Assembly: GCF_006345805.1 (NCBI RefSeq)
Contig: NW_021826231.1
Location: 1-36,025, forward strand
Reading direction: 5' to 3'
Length of the DNA: 36,025 nucleotides
Origin: Octopus sinensis
Lineage: Eukaryota
Shown: in pieces, positions 13,491 through 24,829 of the stretch
How positions within the stretch are numbered: position 1 is the first letter of the stretch
How the letters are laid out: each line of letters begins with the position of its first letter
Position numbers and translations under genes: made by a program
The notes under the pieces: generated by a model
Told to the model about the DNA's origin: nothing
Seen by the model: only the letters and a program-made list of their open reading frames with translations
Database searches by the model: none

Positions 13491-13978
13491 TTACCAATAG
13501 CACTCGAAAGGGACCTGACTGCTACGTACATATGAACTAACTGTTCATGATATATATCGAAAAATCACTAGTCATACGAAAAAATCAAAAATTAATTCAC
13601 TTACCTTCGAGTCCAAAATAACTTTCAAAGAGATTTCTTCCAGAAACTGAAGATTTAAAACAACCGAAAAAGTCATCGTTTTTTCCACTGTTTTTCATTT
13701 AAAGATGGCTTTCGTTACATCATCCTAAAGACAATGCCTAAGCCCATTCTACGCAAAAAAAAAAACAACTTAACTAAACTATTCTTAACCTTTTGTACTT
13801 TTTGGTCAGAAACATTTTGGAGCTAAAGTAAACAATCATCAAGATATCGACCTCTATTGTGTTTGGGAACTGATCTGCCATTTCCGAAAGTATATATATT
13901 CAGACCAAATCAGCTACTTGTGCTGAAGCAGATCTTCCCATCGTGACATCAAAACCATCGGGTGTGTCTTTATGGACC

Positions 13979-14035
13979 ACACACACACACACACCATATA
14001 TATATATATATATACACGCGCATACGTTCATGAAT

Positions 14036-14074
<39 letters not shown>

Positions 14075-14085
14075 TACGTTCATGA

Positions 14086-14138
<53 letters not shown>

Positions 14139-14205
14139 CGCGCATACGTTCATGAATACACACACACACACACACATATATATATACGCGCATACGTTCA
14201 TGAAT

Positions 14206-14238
<33 letters not shown>

Positions 14239-14259
14239 CGCGCATACGGTCATGAATAT

Positions 14260-14335
<76 letters not shown>

Positions 14336-14353
14336 GCGCAAACGTTCATGAAT

Positions 14354-14391
<38 letters not shown>

Positions 14392-14400
14392 GTATATATA
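13979..14400. repeat. Compound minisatellite: six copies of CGCGCATACGTTCATGAATA separated by (CA)n(TA)n
   Basis: Core at about 14017, 14069, 14139, 14187, 14239 and 14335. Explains the spurious ORFs here. Confidence 0.93.
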
Positions 14401-14769
14401 TCTCAGGGGCGATTCCAGGTCATCAGCGTCACACGGGTTCATCAAAGTCTTCGTATAAGACACATTTTTACTCGAAGAATTTCACGTTTTCGCGCTTTAT
14501 TTCTAGCCCCAAATGGCTTATTTTTTTACATCTAACACGATGTCTTTCTCCGTTTCTAAGTTAAAGATTAAAATAAAGCAACCCTGCAAAACACAACTGA
14601 TCTTTGCGCACAGATGCACAGAATAAGAGCAATGAAATTACGACAGGGGAGTGCACAGCAAACATCAGCGATCTGACTGTCGCTTGTAATCTTGACAAGA
14701 GATGCCAGTTTGTCTTTTACACCTACCAGGCTCGTTCCTATTAGCCCGAGTTGCTGGATAAATTTCGTT

Positions 14770-15158
14770 TCGGATCTTTTCTGTTTGAACGGCAGTTTTT
14801 AAAATGATTTCCACGTAACTAAAACTTTTTAAACTTCGTATACTGGTAGAATGTGTTTATAAAACATCTTTTTCTCTTGGCTTTATTGAGAAAATTCTAT
14901 AGTATGTAAGATATTTGTTGTTTTTTTCTACAATTTCTGCAATTTCAACCAATCAATGACGTCTATTGAGGTAAAAAAAACATTCTGTGCCGTATGAATA
15001 TGTCCCTCGTTTAAGATTGGGTTTATTTACATTTCTGAAGAAAAAAAGATACCCTTCCCCCCACCCCTAACCCTAACCCTAACTAACCCTAAAACAGATT
15101 GAAATGCAATAGATCGATACTAGGGTCATAACTATGGGTGACAATTTCATATAACGTT
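14770..15158. mobile_element. Non-autonomous DNA element (MITE/Helitron-like) with internal (CCCTAA)n
   Basis: Distinct insert starting cggatcttttctgtttgaacggcagtttt. Contains cctaaccctaaccctaactaaccctaa at 15066-15092. Class is uncertain. Confidence 0.45.
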
Positions 15159-15552
15159 CCTTTAAGAATATTACAGAACGGAAACTTTTCATGGATTTGA
15201 ATTTAAATATTAATCTCTCAAAAAATTTATAGTTTCAAGAAAATATTGTATTTGAATTAATTTTAATTTTTACGATTATTGATAACAACTCGGGCTGTAA
15301 CTTCTGAGCCCGAGTCAGGCGCGTGTGAACGATGTCGAGAGAACGTCTACTACGAATGATATTTTCTGACACAGACGGTGAACGAAAATAAACCAACAGC
15401 GACCAGGCTCAATAAAAGGAGCCCAAGTTATTGGCTGCAATTACATACTTGAAGTCAGTGTTGGCAGAAATCAGCTTATAAATACACGTCCACCTTATTA
15501 AATTTATATTCGGGCTAAGCTCGAATGGCCCGAGTGCCGGAGTCGCCATATA

Positions 15553-15600
<48 letters not shown>

Positions 15601-15602
<2 letters not shown>

Positions 15603-15790
15603 CAATACAAGCAACAAGGATATCCAAAGGTAGTGTAGTACAATCGTTTCATGCTACTTCATTTAATTAAACAATGTAAGTATTACATCAGATTTAAAAT
15701 GTAAAGCACTCTTCAGCCACATATGGACCTTTTTAATTAAATTGACAATATTCATTTTTATACTTATTCCATTTAGACAGAGAGATAAAT
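15601..15790 (-). mobile_element. Short hammerhead-bearing element between (TA)n and (TATC)n (Penelope-like derived, inferred)
   Basis: About 190 bp bounded by microsatellites and containing the ribozyme at 15634-15721. Confidence 0.6.
15634..15721 (-). ncRNA. Type I hammerhead ribozyme motif
   Basis: Minus strand reads UGUGG-CUGAAGA-GUGCU…AGCAU-GAAA-CGAUU-GUA-CUACA. Stem I has 5 bp including one G·U. Stem II closes with G·U instead of G-C. Stem III ACGAUUGU is near-palindromic. Predicted cut between 15639 and 15638. Confidence 0.75.
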
Positions 15791-15896
15791 CTATCTATCT
15801 ATCTATCTATATATAATGGCGGTGCCCCAGCAGAATGGTGGTGCCCCAGCATGGTCACAGCTCGTGAGATGAAACTAGATAAAATAAAAATAAAAT

Positions 15897-16200
15897 CATC
15901 ATCATTGTTTAATGTCCATTCTCCTTGCTAGCATGGGTTGGACGGTTCGACCGGGATCTGGGAAGCCAGAAGGCTGCACCAGGCTCCAGTCTTATCTGGC
16001 AATGTTTCTACAGCTGGATGCCCTTCCTAACGCCAACCACTCCGAGAGTGTAGGGGTGCTTTTTTACGTGCCACCGGCACAGGTGCCAGGCGAGGCTGGC
16101 AACGGCCACGGTCGGATTGGTGCATTTTACGTGCCACCGGCACGGAAGCCAGTCGAGGCGGCGCTGGCATCGGCCACGAGTCGGATAGTGCTTTTTACGT
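15897..16200 (-). mobile_element. RTE-type 3' UTR/tail element
   Basis: Starts catcatcattgtttaa (reverse-complemented tail) and carries gtgccaccggcac repeats. Reverse complement of 9485-9853. Confidence 0.8.
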
Positions 16201-16286
16201 ACCACCAGACCAGGGGTTCTCTCTGGTTCAATTGGATTTCGATTCGAATTGAATATATATAATATATATAAAATAATATATATATA

Positions 16287-17048
16287 TGAGAGAAATGCTG
16301 GACATAACAAGCATCGGATGTGGCATGCAAGAAAGAAGTTTGCGCTGGTATAGTCATGTACTCCGGATGGATGAGGAGAGATGTGCGAAGAAGTGCCACT
16401 CCCAAACAGTTGAAGGTATCGGGGGTAGAGGTAGACCCAGAAGACATGGAATAAGGTGATCAAGCTTGATCTTCGAGCGTTGGGCCTCACAGAGGCAATG
16501 ACGAAAGACCGAGACCTCTGGAGATATGCTGTGACTGCGAAGACCCGACAAATAACGTGAGGCTGTTTCCTGCACCAGCTTCACATAACAGCCCCAACCC
16601 ATCGAAAATACCTTGGATCGCAGGACGGCCTACTGTGCTTACCTTGGATCGTAGGGTGACCTGCTGTGCTTGAGGAGACCTACTGAGTCAAGTACATCAA
16701 CATCGAAATAAAAGTCAAATGGAAATTGTAGTTGTGATACCCGTGCCAGTGGCACATACAAAACACCATCTCAACGAGGCTGATGCCACCGCCGTCTTGA
16801 CTGGCTTCCGTGCTAGGGGCACATAAAAAGCACCAACGATCGTGACCGTTGCCAGCCTCCTGGGGTACCTGTGCTGGTGGCACGTAAGAAGCGCCCTTTA
16901 AACTCAGAGTGGTGGCGTTAGGAAGGGCATCCAGTTGTAGAGACAATATCTGATCAGATTGGAGCCTGGTGCAGCCTCCTGGCTTCCCAGACGACGGTCG
17001 AACCGTCCAACCCATGCTAGCATGGAAAACTGACGTTAAACGATGATG

Positions 17049-17050
<2 letters not shown>
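16287..17050 (+). mobile_element. 5'-truncated RTE LINE: C-terminal ORF remnant plus 3' UTR and (GAT)n tail
   Basis: Translates to LRWYSHVLRMDEER…GRGRP/KTWNKVIKLDLRALGLTEAMTKDRDLWR, which is typical of an RTE ORF C-terminus. The shared UTR follows, ending gttaaacgatgatgat. Confidence 0.82.
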
Positions 17051-17092
<42 letters not shown>

Positions 17093-17111
17093 TAATATAT
17101 ATGTATATGTG

Positions 17112-17169
<58 letters not shown>

Positions 17170-17700
17170 TACATTTCTGTGTGTATGTATGTGGTATGTA
17201 TGTATGTATTATGTATGTATGTACGTATGTGTGTGTGTATGTACGTATGTACGTAAGTATGTGTGTATGTATATATGTATTATGTATGTATTATGTATGC
17301 GTGTATGTACGTATGTACGTCTGTATATACGTATGCATGTACGTATGTACGTATGTATGTATGTATGTGTATGTATGTATGTATGTATGTATGTACGTAA
17401 GAATGTATGTACGTAAGAATGTACGTAAGTATGTACGTATGTATGTATGTATGTACGTATTATGTATGTATGTATGTACGTATGTACGTATGTATGTATG
17501 TGCATGTATGTATGTATGTATGTACGTAAGAATGTACGTAAGTATGTATGTATGTACGTATGTATGTATGTATGTACGTATTATGTATGTATGTACGTAT
17601 GTACGTATGTATATACGTATGCATGTACGTATGTACGTATGTATGTATGTTTGTGTGTGTGTGTGTGTGTGCGTGTGTGTATTGTGGCTTTGTGTGTGTG
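17050..17700. repeat. (TA)n plus complex (TATG/TACG)n microsatellite
   Basis: Seen directly. Source of the MYV/HTY ORFs. Confidence 0.95.
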
Positions 17701-17870
17701 TCTGTTGTTTACGTTTATCTCCATGTGACTTAGCGGTTCGCTATAAAAGGCCAATAAAATCTACCAGACAAAAATGAGAAATAACTGGTGTCAATTTCTT
17801 AGATTAAAATTCTTCAATGCGGTGCCCCAGCGTAGCCGCAGTCTAATAACTGAAAAAGTGAAAAAAACTA
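17700..17870 (+). mobile_element. SINE family A 3' half
   Basis: gacttagcggttcg…gcggtgccccagcgtagccgcagtctaataactgaaa is the reverse complement of the family A tail at 33868-34070. Confidence 0.65.
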
Positions 17871-18112
17871 CAAAATTCCTTGGTAACACTTTAAACTAAG
17901 GGACATAACTCTTGTACCTCCCACTGTGGCTTTATCTGCTAGAAATAGCAGCCAAAATGGTTTTAAACCACATCCCAATGCTGGATCTTCAAGAACCAAA
18001 TGAAGAGCAGAGTTTCAATCCTGGGATCATCCTGATTCCAAAAGGGTAGAATATGTCTATGTAGACTGAGGGACAGGGGTCACAGGCACAAGGGAATTTC
18101 GCTTTTATTAAG

Positions 18113-18778
18113 GCGCGAGCTGGCAGAAACGTTTGCACGCCGGGCGAAATGCTTACCAGTATTTCCTCTGCCTTTACGTTCTGGGTTCAAATTCCGCCGA
18201 GGTCGACTTAGCCTTTCATTCTTTCGGGGTCCATTAAATAAGTACCAGTTACGCACTGGGGTCGAAATAGACGACTTAATCCGTTTGTCTGTCCTTGTTT
18301 GTCCTCTCTGTGTTTAGCCCCTTGTGGGTAGTAAAGAAATAGGTATTTCGTCTGCCGTTACGTTCTGAGTTCAAATTCAGCCGAGGTCGACTTTGCCTTT
18401 CATTCTTTCGGGGTCCATTAAATAAGTACCAGTTACGCACTGGGGTCGATACAGACGACTTAATCCGTTTGTCTGTCCTTGTTTGTCCCCTCTGTGTATA
18501 GCCCCTTGTGGGTAGTAAAGAAATAGGTATTTCGTCTGCCGTTACGTTCTGAGTTCAAATTCCGCCGAGGTCGACTTTGCCTTTCATCCTTTCGGGGTCC
18601 ATTAAATAAGTACCAGTTACGCACTGGGGTCGATATAGTTGACTTAATCCGTTTGTCTGTCCTTGTTTGTCCCGTCTGTGTTTAGCCCCTTGTGGGTAGT
18701 AAAGAAATAGGTATTTCGTCTGCCGTTACGTTCTGAGTTCAAATTCCGCCGAGGTCGACTTTGCCTTTCATCCTTTCG
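18113..18778 (+). mobile_element. SINE family B: one head followed by about 3.4 head-to-tail 184-bp body units
   Basis: tatttc(g/c)tctgcc starts at 18160, 18344, 18528 and 18712, a period of exactly 184 bp. The B-box-like gttcaaattcc recurs in each unit. Confidence 0.9.
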
Positions 18779-18791
18779 GATGTTATAATAT

Positions 18792-18852
18792 AACACACTC
18801 ACCGGTAAAATTCCCACTTTTTTCTTATTTTTATTGTACTTGCAACCTATAT

Positions 18853-18895
<43 letters not shown>

Positions 18896-18907
18896 TATAT
18901 ATATATG

Positions 18908-18944
<37 letters not shown>

Positions 18945-19015
18945 TAATATATATATATATATATTATATATATATATAATATTATATGTATATACATACA
19001 ACATATATATATATA

Positions 19016-19054
<39 letters not shown>

Positions 19055-19235
19055 TATATTATATACACATACATATGTATATAGGTTGCAAGACACAACG
19101 AAAATTTTAGGACAATAAAAAGAAGAAAAAAGTGGGAATTTTACCGGTGAGTGTTTTACATAATAAGGCACAAAAAGAAAATGATTCTCTCCAGACACAA
19201 CAGAATTATTGAACTTCAGTATACAACAACCAAAA
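18792..19235. repeat. Two inverted ends of one repeat family flanking a (TA)n array (18792-18851 and 19080-19235); third copy at 23613-23690
   Basis: aacacactcaccggtaaaattcccac…ttgcaaccta is the reverse complement of taggttgcaa…gtgggaattttaccggtgagtgtt. Confidence 0.8.
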
Positions 19236-19239
19236 AATA

Positions 19240-19720
19240 GAAACACATTTTCTTATGCGAATATAAGTGTTGCGTTGACAATTTCAATTTAAAGTTTTTA
19301 TTCATTCTGCAAATCTTGTCCGTTGATCCATGCTAAAACGTCCTTATAGACATTGGTTTGAGTTTTACCTGTAGGGGTGAAAATGATAAAATTGTCTTTG
19401 CTCCCCACTCTGGAACCCCAGGATATGTCTGTGTGAAAAACAACCTTCTCTAATTGCAAAGAAGTAACTTTGAATGTCTGATCTTGGTTACTTATCAATG
19501 GACATCGCAAGAGACTGACGTATGGAAATTGAAGTCGTTTGAGTTCGAAGGAATATTTGAAGGTATTAAACTTAAGTGAGGCATAAATATATCTTCACCT
19601 TTTCCAAAGACAAAAAATATTCTGGCTTCTATGATATTTCTCGTTAATTTTTTGGATCTTCTTTTGTTATGTCTGCTTTCATACAGGCGCACAAGAAGTG
19701 TTATGAACATACACACTACT
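19240..19720 (-). mobile_element. Helitron RepHel helicase C-terminal remnant
   Basis: Across frames: LTRNIIEARI…GKGEDIFMPHLSLIPSNIPFELKRLQFP…AMSIDK…QTFKV…LQLE…SRVGSKDNFIIFTPTGKTQTNVYKDVL. This matches the Pif1-like motifs V/VI and the T-N-VYKEVL ending of Helitron helicases. Confidence 0.8.
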
Positions 19721-19734
19721 TGTGTTTGTACTTC

Positions 19735-19779
<45 letters not shown>

Positions 19780-19814
19780 ATATATATATATATATAGATA
19801 TATATATTATATAT

Positions 19815-19978
19815 CTCACGGAGTGGTTGGCGTTAGGAGGGCATCCAGCTGTAGAAACATTGCCAAATTAGACTGGAGCCTGGGCAGCCTTCTGGCTTCC
19901 CAGACCCGGTCGAACCGTCCAACCATGCTAGCATGGAGAACGGACGTTAAACGACGATGATGATGATGATGATGATGA
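19815..19978 (+). mobile_element. RTE-type 3' tail fragment
   Basis: ggagtggttggcgttagg…ggacgttaaacgacgatgatgatg. Confidence 0.8.
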
Positions 19979-20548
19979 TCTGTATATATACATATATGAG
20001 TGCGAGTAGAGAGAGAGAAAGAGAGAAATATAAGTATAGATACAGGTACATAAAATACCTTAGGAATGTGAACTCAGGTTTCAAATTTCCCCAAGACACC
20101 TGATGAAGGCTTGAGGGTATAAAAAATAACATCTAGAATCACTTCCCTTGCGTCATATAAAAACGACGTGAGAGTTTCAAATTGAAATGGGTTCGTTTTT
20201 CGCTTGCGAAGGGGACACGAGCATTGGCACACCAAGAGACACACATACGCATGCAAGCTTCCTGCTGATACCTTTAACAATTAAACATCGACTAGCTTAT
20301 AATTTACATTTAATTACACACCACAACTATATAAAGTAACAACAATATCTAGTACAAACCTTTGTTATTATTTTGTTTCAGATATGCGTGTCTGAGTATA
20401 TACACCTATGTATGTATGTATGTATGTATGTATGTATGTATGTATGTATGTATGTATGTATGTATAAAGATATATATAGACATTTATAAAGGTATATATA
20501 AAGATAGATAGATAAATAGATAGATAGATATATAGATATATAGATACA

Positions 20549-21154
20549 TTTATTGCTTAGTATTACTTAAATTTTCCTCGAATGAGGCTTTTACATGCCG
20601 AAGACTACTTGGTGTAATTGATAATTATTCCAAATTAATTAATTTCACCCTTCATTATTACGGATAACCATATTTTATATCAGTAGATGACCACAGCATA
20701 TGTTTTGGCTACACGCGGGTGGGAAGGGGCTGGTGACACAATCCTTTCATTCAAGCATTGAATTTGGTGATACTAGTTGCGGGTTCTAGCTCGCTCTGAT
20801 ACTGAGTGAGTTGGTGCCTTCTAGTATCTCAAAATTCAATATATAATCATTATGATTATAGTATTCTACGCTGAAGAGAAAAGAAGTTTTTGGTAAGATA
20901 GAATTATTTAATATTTAATTCTTATGCTTTCCTAAAAACTTGATTTCGAAACGTACGTCCGTAGATAACTTAAAATTGTATGATAGATTGCCGTCATTCA
21001 TTCTCTCTTACCTGTTTGTGTCTGCCTTCAATTGCTGTTTTTACTGAGATCTCCCTTTTTAGTAGAGAAATAGCTATAACTCTTTGACTGCTATTTCTAA
21101 ATCGGTGTGGTAAGGCAATTCGTTGCTAAACCCTTTATTGCTTAGTATTACTTA
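20549..21154 (+). mobile_element. About 600-bp non-coding element with a 21-bp terminal direct repeat and an internal hammerhead (mini Penelope-like, inferred)
   Basis: TTTATTGCTTAGTATTACTTA is identical at 20549-20569 and 21134-21154. AT microsatellites flank it. A rearranged relative lies at 22733-22970. Confidence 0.7.
20865..20965 (+). ncRNA. Type I hammerhead ribozyme with intact consensus core
   Basis: UCUACG-CUGAAGA-GAAA…(AAGUUUUUGG/CUAAAAACUU extension)…UUUC-GAAA-CGUAC-GUC-CGUAGA. Perfect 6-bp stem I, G-C closed stem II, palindromic stem III ACGUACGU and a GUC triplet. Predicted cut after 20959. Confidence 0.88.
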
Positions 21155-21189
21155 TATCTATTATATATATATATTTTTTTTAATTTTTT

Positions 21190-21580
21190 TTTTTTACTTG
21201 TTTCAGTCATTTGACTGCGGCCATGCTGGAGCACCGCCTTTAGTCGAGCAAATCGACCCCGGGACTTATTCTTTGTAAGACCAGTACTTATTCTATCGGT
21301 CTCTTTTGCCGAACCTCTAAGTGACGGGGACGTACATACACCAGCATCGGTTGTCAAGCAATGCTAGGAGGACAAACACAGACACACAAACACACACATA
21401 CATATATATATATGTACATGTATACGATAGGCTTCTTTCAGTTTCCATCTACCATATCCACTCAAAAGGCTTTGGTCGGCCCGGGGCTATAGCAGTAGAC
21501 ACTTGCCCAAGATGCCACGCAGTGGGACTGAACCTAGAACCATGTGGTTGGTTAGCAAGCCACACTGCCACTCCAGCGAC
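21190..21580 (-). mobile_element. tRNA-derived CORE-like SINE family A, full length
   Basis: Minus-strand head ggagtggcagtgtgg…ggttctaggttcagtcccactgcgtggcatcttgggcaagtg, internal (CA/TA) tract and tail gactgaaacaagtaa. Confidence 0.85.
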
Positions 21581-21670
21581 TATGTTTATATATTTCTTGC
21601 CTAAACTGGCAAAATGACCATTCTGAATTATAACTATATATATATATATATATGTATACATATATGGTTG

Positions 21671-21721
<51 letters not shown>

Positions 21722-21740
21722 CTATATATATTGTATACTC

Positions 21741-21960
21741 TTTTACTCTTTTACATGTTTCAGTCATTTGACTGTGGCCATGCTGGAGCACCGACTTTTG
21801 TCCAGTAGATCGACCCGAGGACCTATTATTTGTAAACCTAGTACTTATTCTATCGGTCTCATATACCGAACCGCTAAGTTATGGGGACGTAAACACACCA
21901 GCATCGGTTGTGAAACTATGTTGGGAGGACAAACACAGACACAGTAACATACACACACAC

Positions 21961-21995
<35 letters not shown>

Positions 21996-22175
21996 TATAT
22001 ATATTCATATATACGACGGGCTTCCTTCTGTTTCCGTGTACAAAATCCACTGACAAAGCTTTGGTCGGTCCGTAGGCTATGGTAGAAGACATTTGCCCAT
22101 GGTGCCATGTAGTGGGATTGAACCCGGAACCATGTGGTTGGTAAGCGAGCTACTTCCCATACAGACACTCCTGTT
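21741..22175 (-). mobile_element. SINE family A, full length
   Basis: Same organisation as 21190-21580. Confidence 0.85.
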
Positions 22176-22457
22176 TATTAACCTGAGAACAAGTTGAAGG
22201 TGAGCTCTGACTGGTTGTATGCAAATTAGTTCATTAATGGGATCCGGAACTCTCGTGGGAGAAAAAAAATTTCGTGGCTGGGTCAAATGAGACGATGCGA
22301 CCACCTTGGGTATGGGTGGACTGTGCTCAAACACGCACAAACACCCACACATATAGATACATGCAAAGACGCACACTCGTAGCTATTTATGCTTTAAAAA
22401 TGTTGACCTTAAAACCGTGACATTCTGAAGAAATTGTATGAGTGTGTGGGTCAGCCA

Positions 22458-22494
<37 letters not shown>

Positions 22495-22700
22495 TTCATT
22501 TCTGTTTCGCTGAATTTGTGAAAGCGGGACGGAGAAGTTGTTGACATCGATAACAATTTTCGTATATTGCTTCTTCTTTTTTTAATTTTTTCAGTCATTA
22601 AATTGCGGCCATGCTGGGTTACTGCCTTGCAGGATTTTTAGTCGAACCAATTGACCTCATTAAAGTACATTTTTTCAGCCTGGTAAGTATCCGCTCAGTT

Positions 22701-22732
<32 letters not shown>

Positions 22733-22969
22733 CAGTAACAATAAAGGGTGAAATTAATTAATTTGGAATAATTATTAATTACACCAAGTAGATTTCGGCA
22801 TGTAAAAGCCCTCAGAAAATTTAGAAAATTAAGTATACTAAGCTAAAAATTAAGGTTTAGCAACTGAGATCCCCCTTTTAGTAGAAAGAATAGCTATAAC
22901 TCTTTGACTGCTATTTCTAAATTCGGTGGTGTGGTGAGGCAATTTGTTGCTAAACCCTTAATTGCTTAG

Positions 22970-22970
<1 letters not shown>
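22733..22970. mobile_element. Rearranged copy (inverted plus direct part) of the 20549-21154 element, inside (TA)n
   Basis: 22738-22863 is the reverse complement of the element's terminal region. 22864-22970 matches 21042-21145 in forward orientation. Confidence 0.75.
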
Positions 22971-23043
<73 letters not shown>

Positions 23044-24581
23044 TCCTTAAATCGTAGTCTTCGTTTCTGCTGGGGGCTCTTTCCATAAAGAAGTTTAGCA
23101 TATAGCATCTGTTTAGGGATCCTCTGATCATTAACCTAAAGAAAATGTCCAGTCCATCATTACTCTGTGCTTTTATAATTTGACAAATTCAACCTCTCTT
23201 CTCTGGGCAACATATTTTCGTTTTGATTCTTTTAAAATATGAAAATTACTTTGACAGTCATTGACCAGAACAAGATGAAGATCTCAGTCAGTAAAGGAAT
23301 TTGTGGGGGTCATCAAAGTTTGAAGTTACTCTTTTTAGTTTTATAAAGTCACTAAAAGTCTTACGTTTTCTCAATTTAAGAAAACTAACACTTTTATAAA
23401 TGAGTTTATTGCTACGCATTAAATGTTAAACTAATTTGCTCCAGCTGGTCTATATAAACAGTAACCTATAGCTTTGAACAGCTTTATTATTTTGTTGTGT
23501 ATTTACATGGCATATAATGTGTGAATAGAATTTCTCCCCCAGTTATCCAAGCAAAAAATCAGAAACTTATGTTATCAATTTATTTAGAATAATTTTGTAC
23601 AAAGTTTGATACAAAATAATTTTGTTGTGTCTGGGGAGAGTCATTCTCTTTTAGTGCCTTATTATTTAACACACTCACCGGTAAAATTTCGTTTTGCTTT
23701 AATAGTAATTATCAATTTCTGAATAAAGTTTTTTTATCTAATTTAAATATCTTGATTATTTAATTTGAAAACAATCAGGTTTGTTCACTTCTATCACAAA
23801 AGAATCCAATAAAAAGTGGAGAATACTTATGAATCTTCCTTTCCAATTCCACAAAAGTCTGCTCGGTAGAGCTTCCTGTCACATCTTATAATGTACATAA
23901 AGGTCTCATATGTTTTACTTATTTGATCTTGGTCTCTGCTGTAAGAACTTGAAATCTAATTTCAAATTAAAATAACAGTGGAGTAATATGAAGGTAAATA
24001 TTGTAAGGAAGAATTGTACTTTCCTTTATCTGAAGTTATTTAAAAAGAGGGAGACACATGCAGTTAAAACAACAAATGTTGTGTCATTATTTTATTTTAT
24101 CTCAGACTTTTTCAGCACAGCTATTGTTTAATTATAATTTTTTTGATTTATTTTCATATGTATAATAGTGAAGTTTTATTTTTACTGACGAAAATTTCAG
24201 TAATTAGTAAATAACGAAGGTCATAAAGTAAGAATATAAAATTAAAATATTGTATATTGCACTCAAAACCCCTGGAATTTTTATTCAACCACCACCACTT
24301 TGGAGAGGCCTGTCTTAAACCACAACAGGACAAAGTGAGATATATCCTTAGATACATCATGTATTATATAGAAATACTATCTCTATAGGATATATAAAGG
24401 GAAAAGACATCAATATATATATATATACCAGGCATTCTACTCTCAGCTAAAAATGAAGGTAGATAACTATCAATATAGCAGAAGATATTAAAGCTGTCTA
24501 TATAACAATGGGGTTGCTTAGGGGGGGGGGTTAGATATACAACAACAGCAACAACAATAAATGAACATTTCAAAGTTTGTC

Positions 24582-24587
24582 TTTATT
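24582..24587 (-). promoter_or_regulatory. Candidate polyadenylation signal (AATAAA) of the ANK-RING-Death gene
   Basis: AATAAA about 240 nt after the stop codon, followed on the minus strand by a GT-rich tract (24541-24557). Confidence 0.5.
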
Positions 24588-24829
24588 TTAAATGTGAATT
24601 TTTAACAAAGGAGCCAAACCAGTGAAGGGATCACTATGTGGTTGATATACCTGCTAGAATTGGTAGCTAAATTCACACGATATCACTGTACAGAAGGGCA
24701 TATTGGACAATGTGGTTGTGGGTTCTCTTTGGAAATAGGCATGATGGTCCTGGCTGGAATGCGTTTGATCATAAGTCTCTGTTTGGTCGAGGTTAATCTG
24801 AGGCTAAACAACAACAGTTACACAGAAAT

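Noticed and set aside
13645-13680. CTGAAGA…CCGAAA motif
   Set aside because: No stem II or stem I pairing.
14400-14450. Minus-strand CTGATGA core
   Set aside because: No downstream GAAA and no stems.
15066-15092. (CCCTAA)n as a telomere remnant
   Set aside because: Only about four imperfect units, internal to a dispersed repeat.
17109-17777. 222-aa ORF and its neighbours
   Set aside because: Translations of the (TATG)n microsatellite.
18160-18778. CRISPR-like array
   Set aside because: The 184-bp units are near-identical with no unique spacers, in a eukaryotic SINE context with no cas genes.
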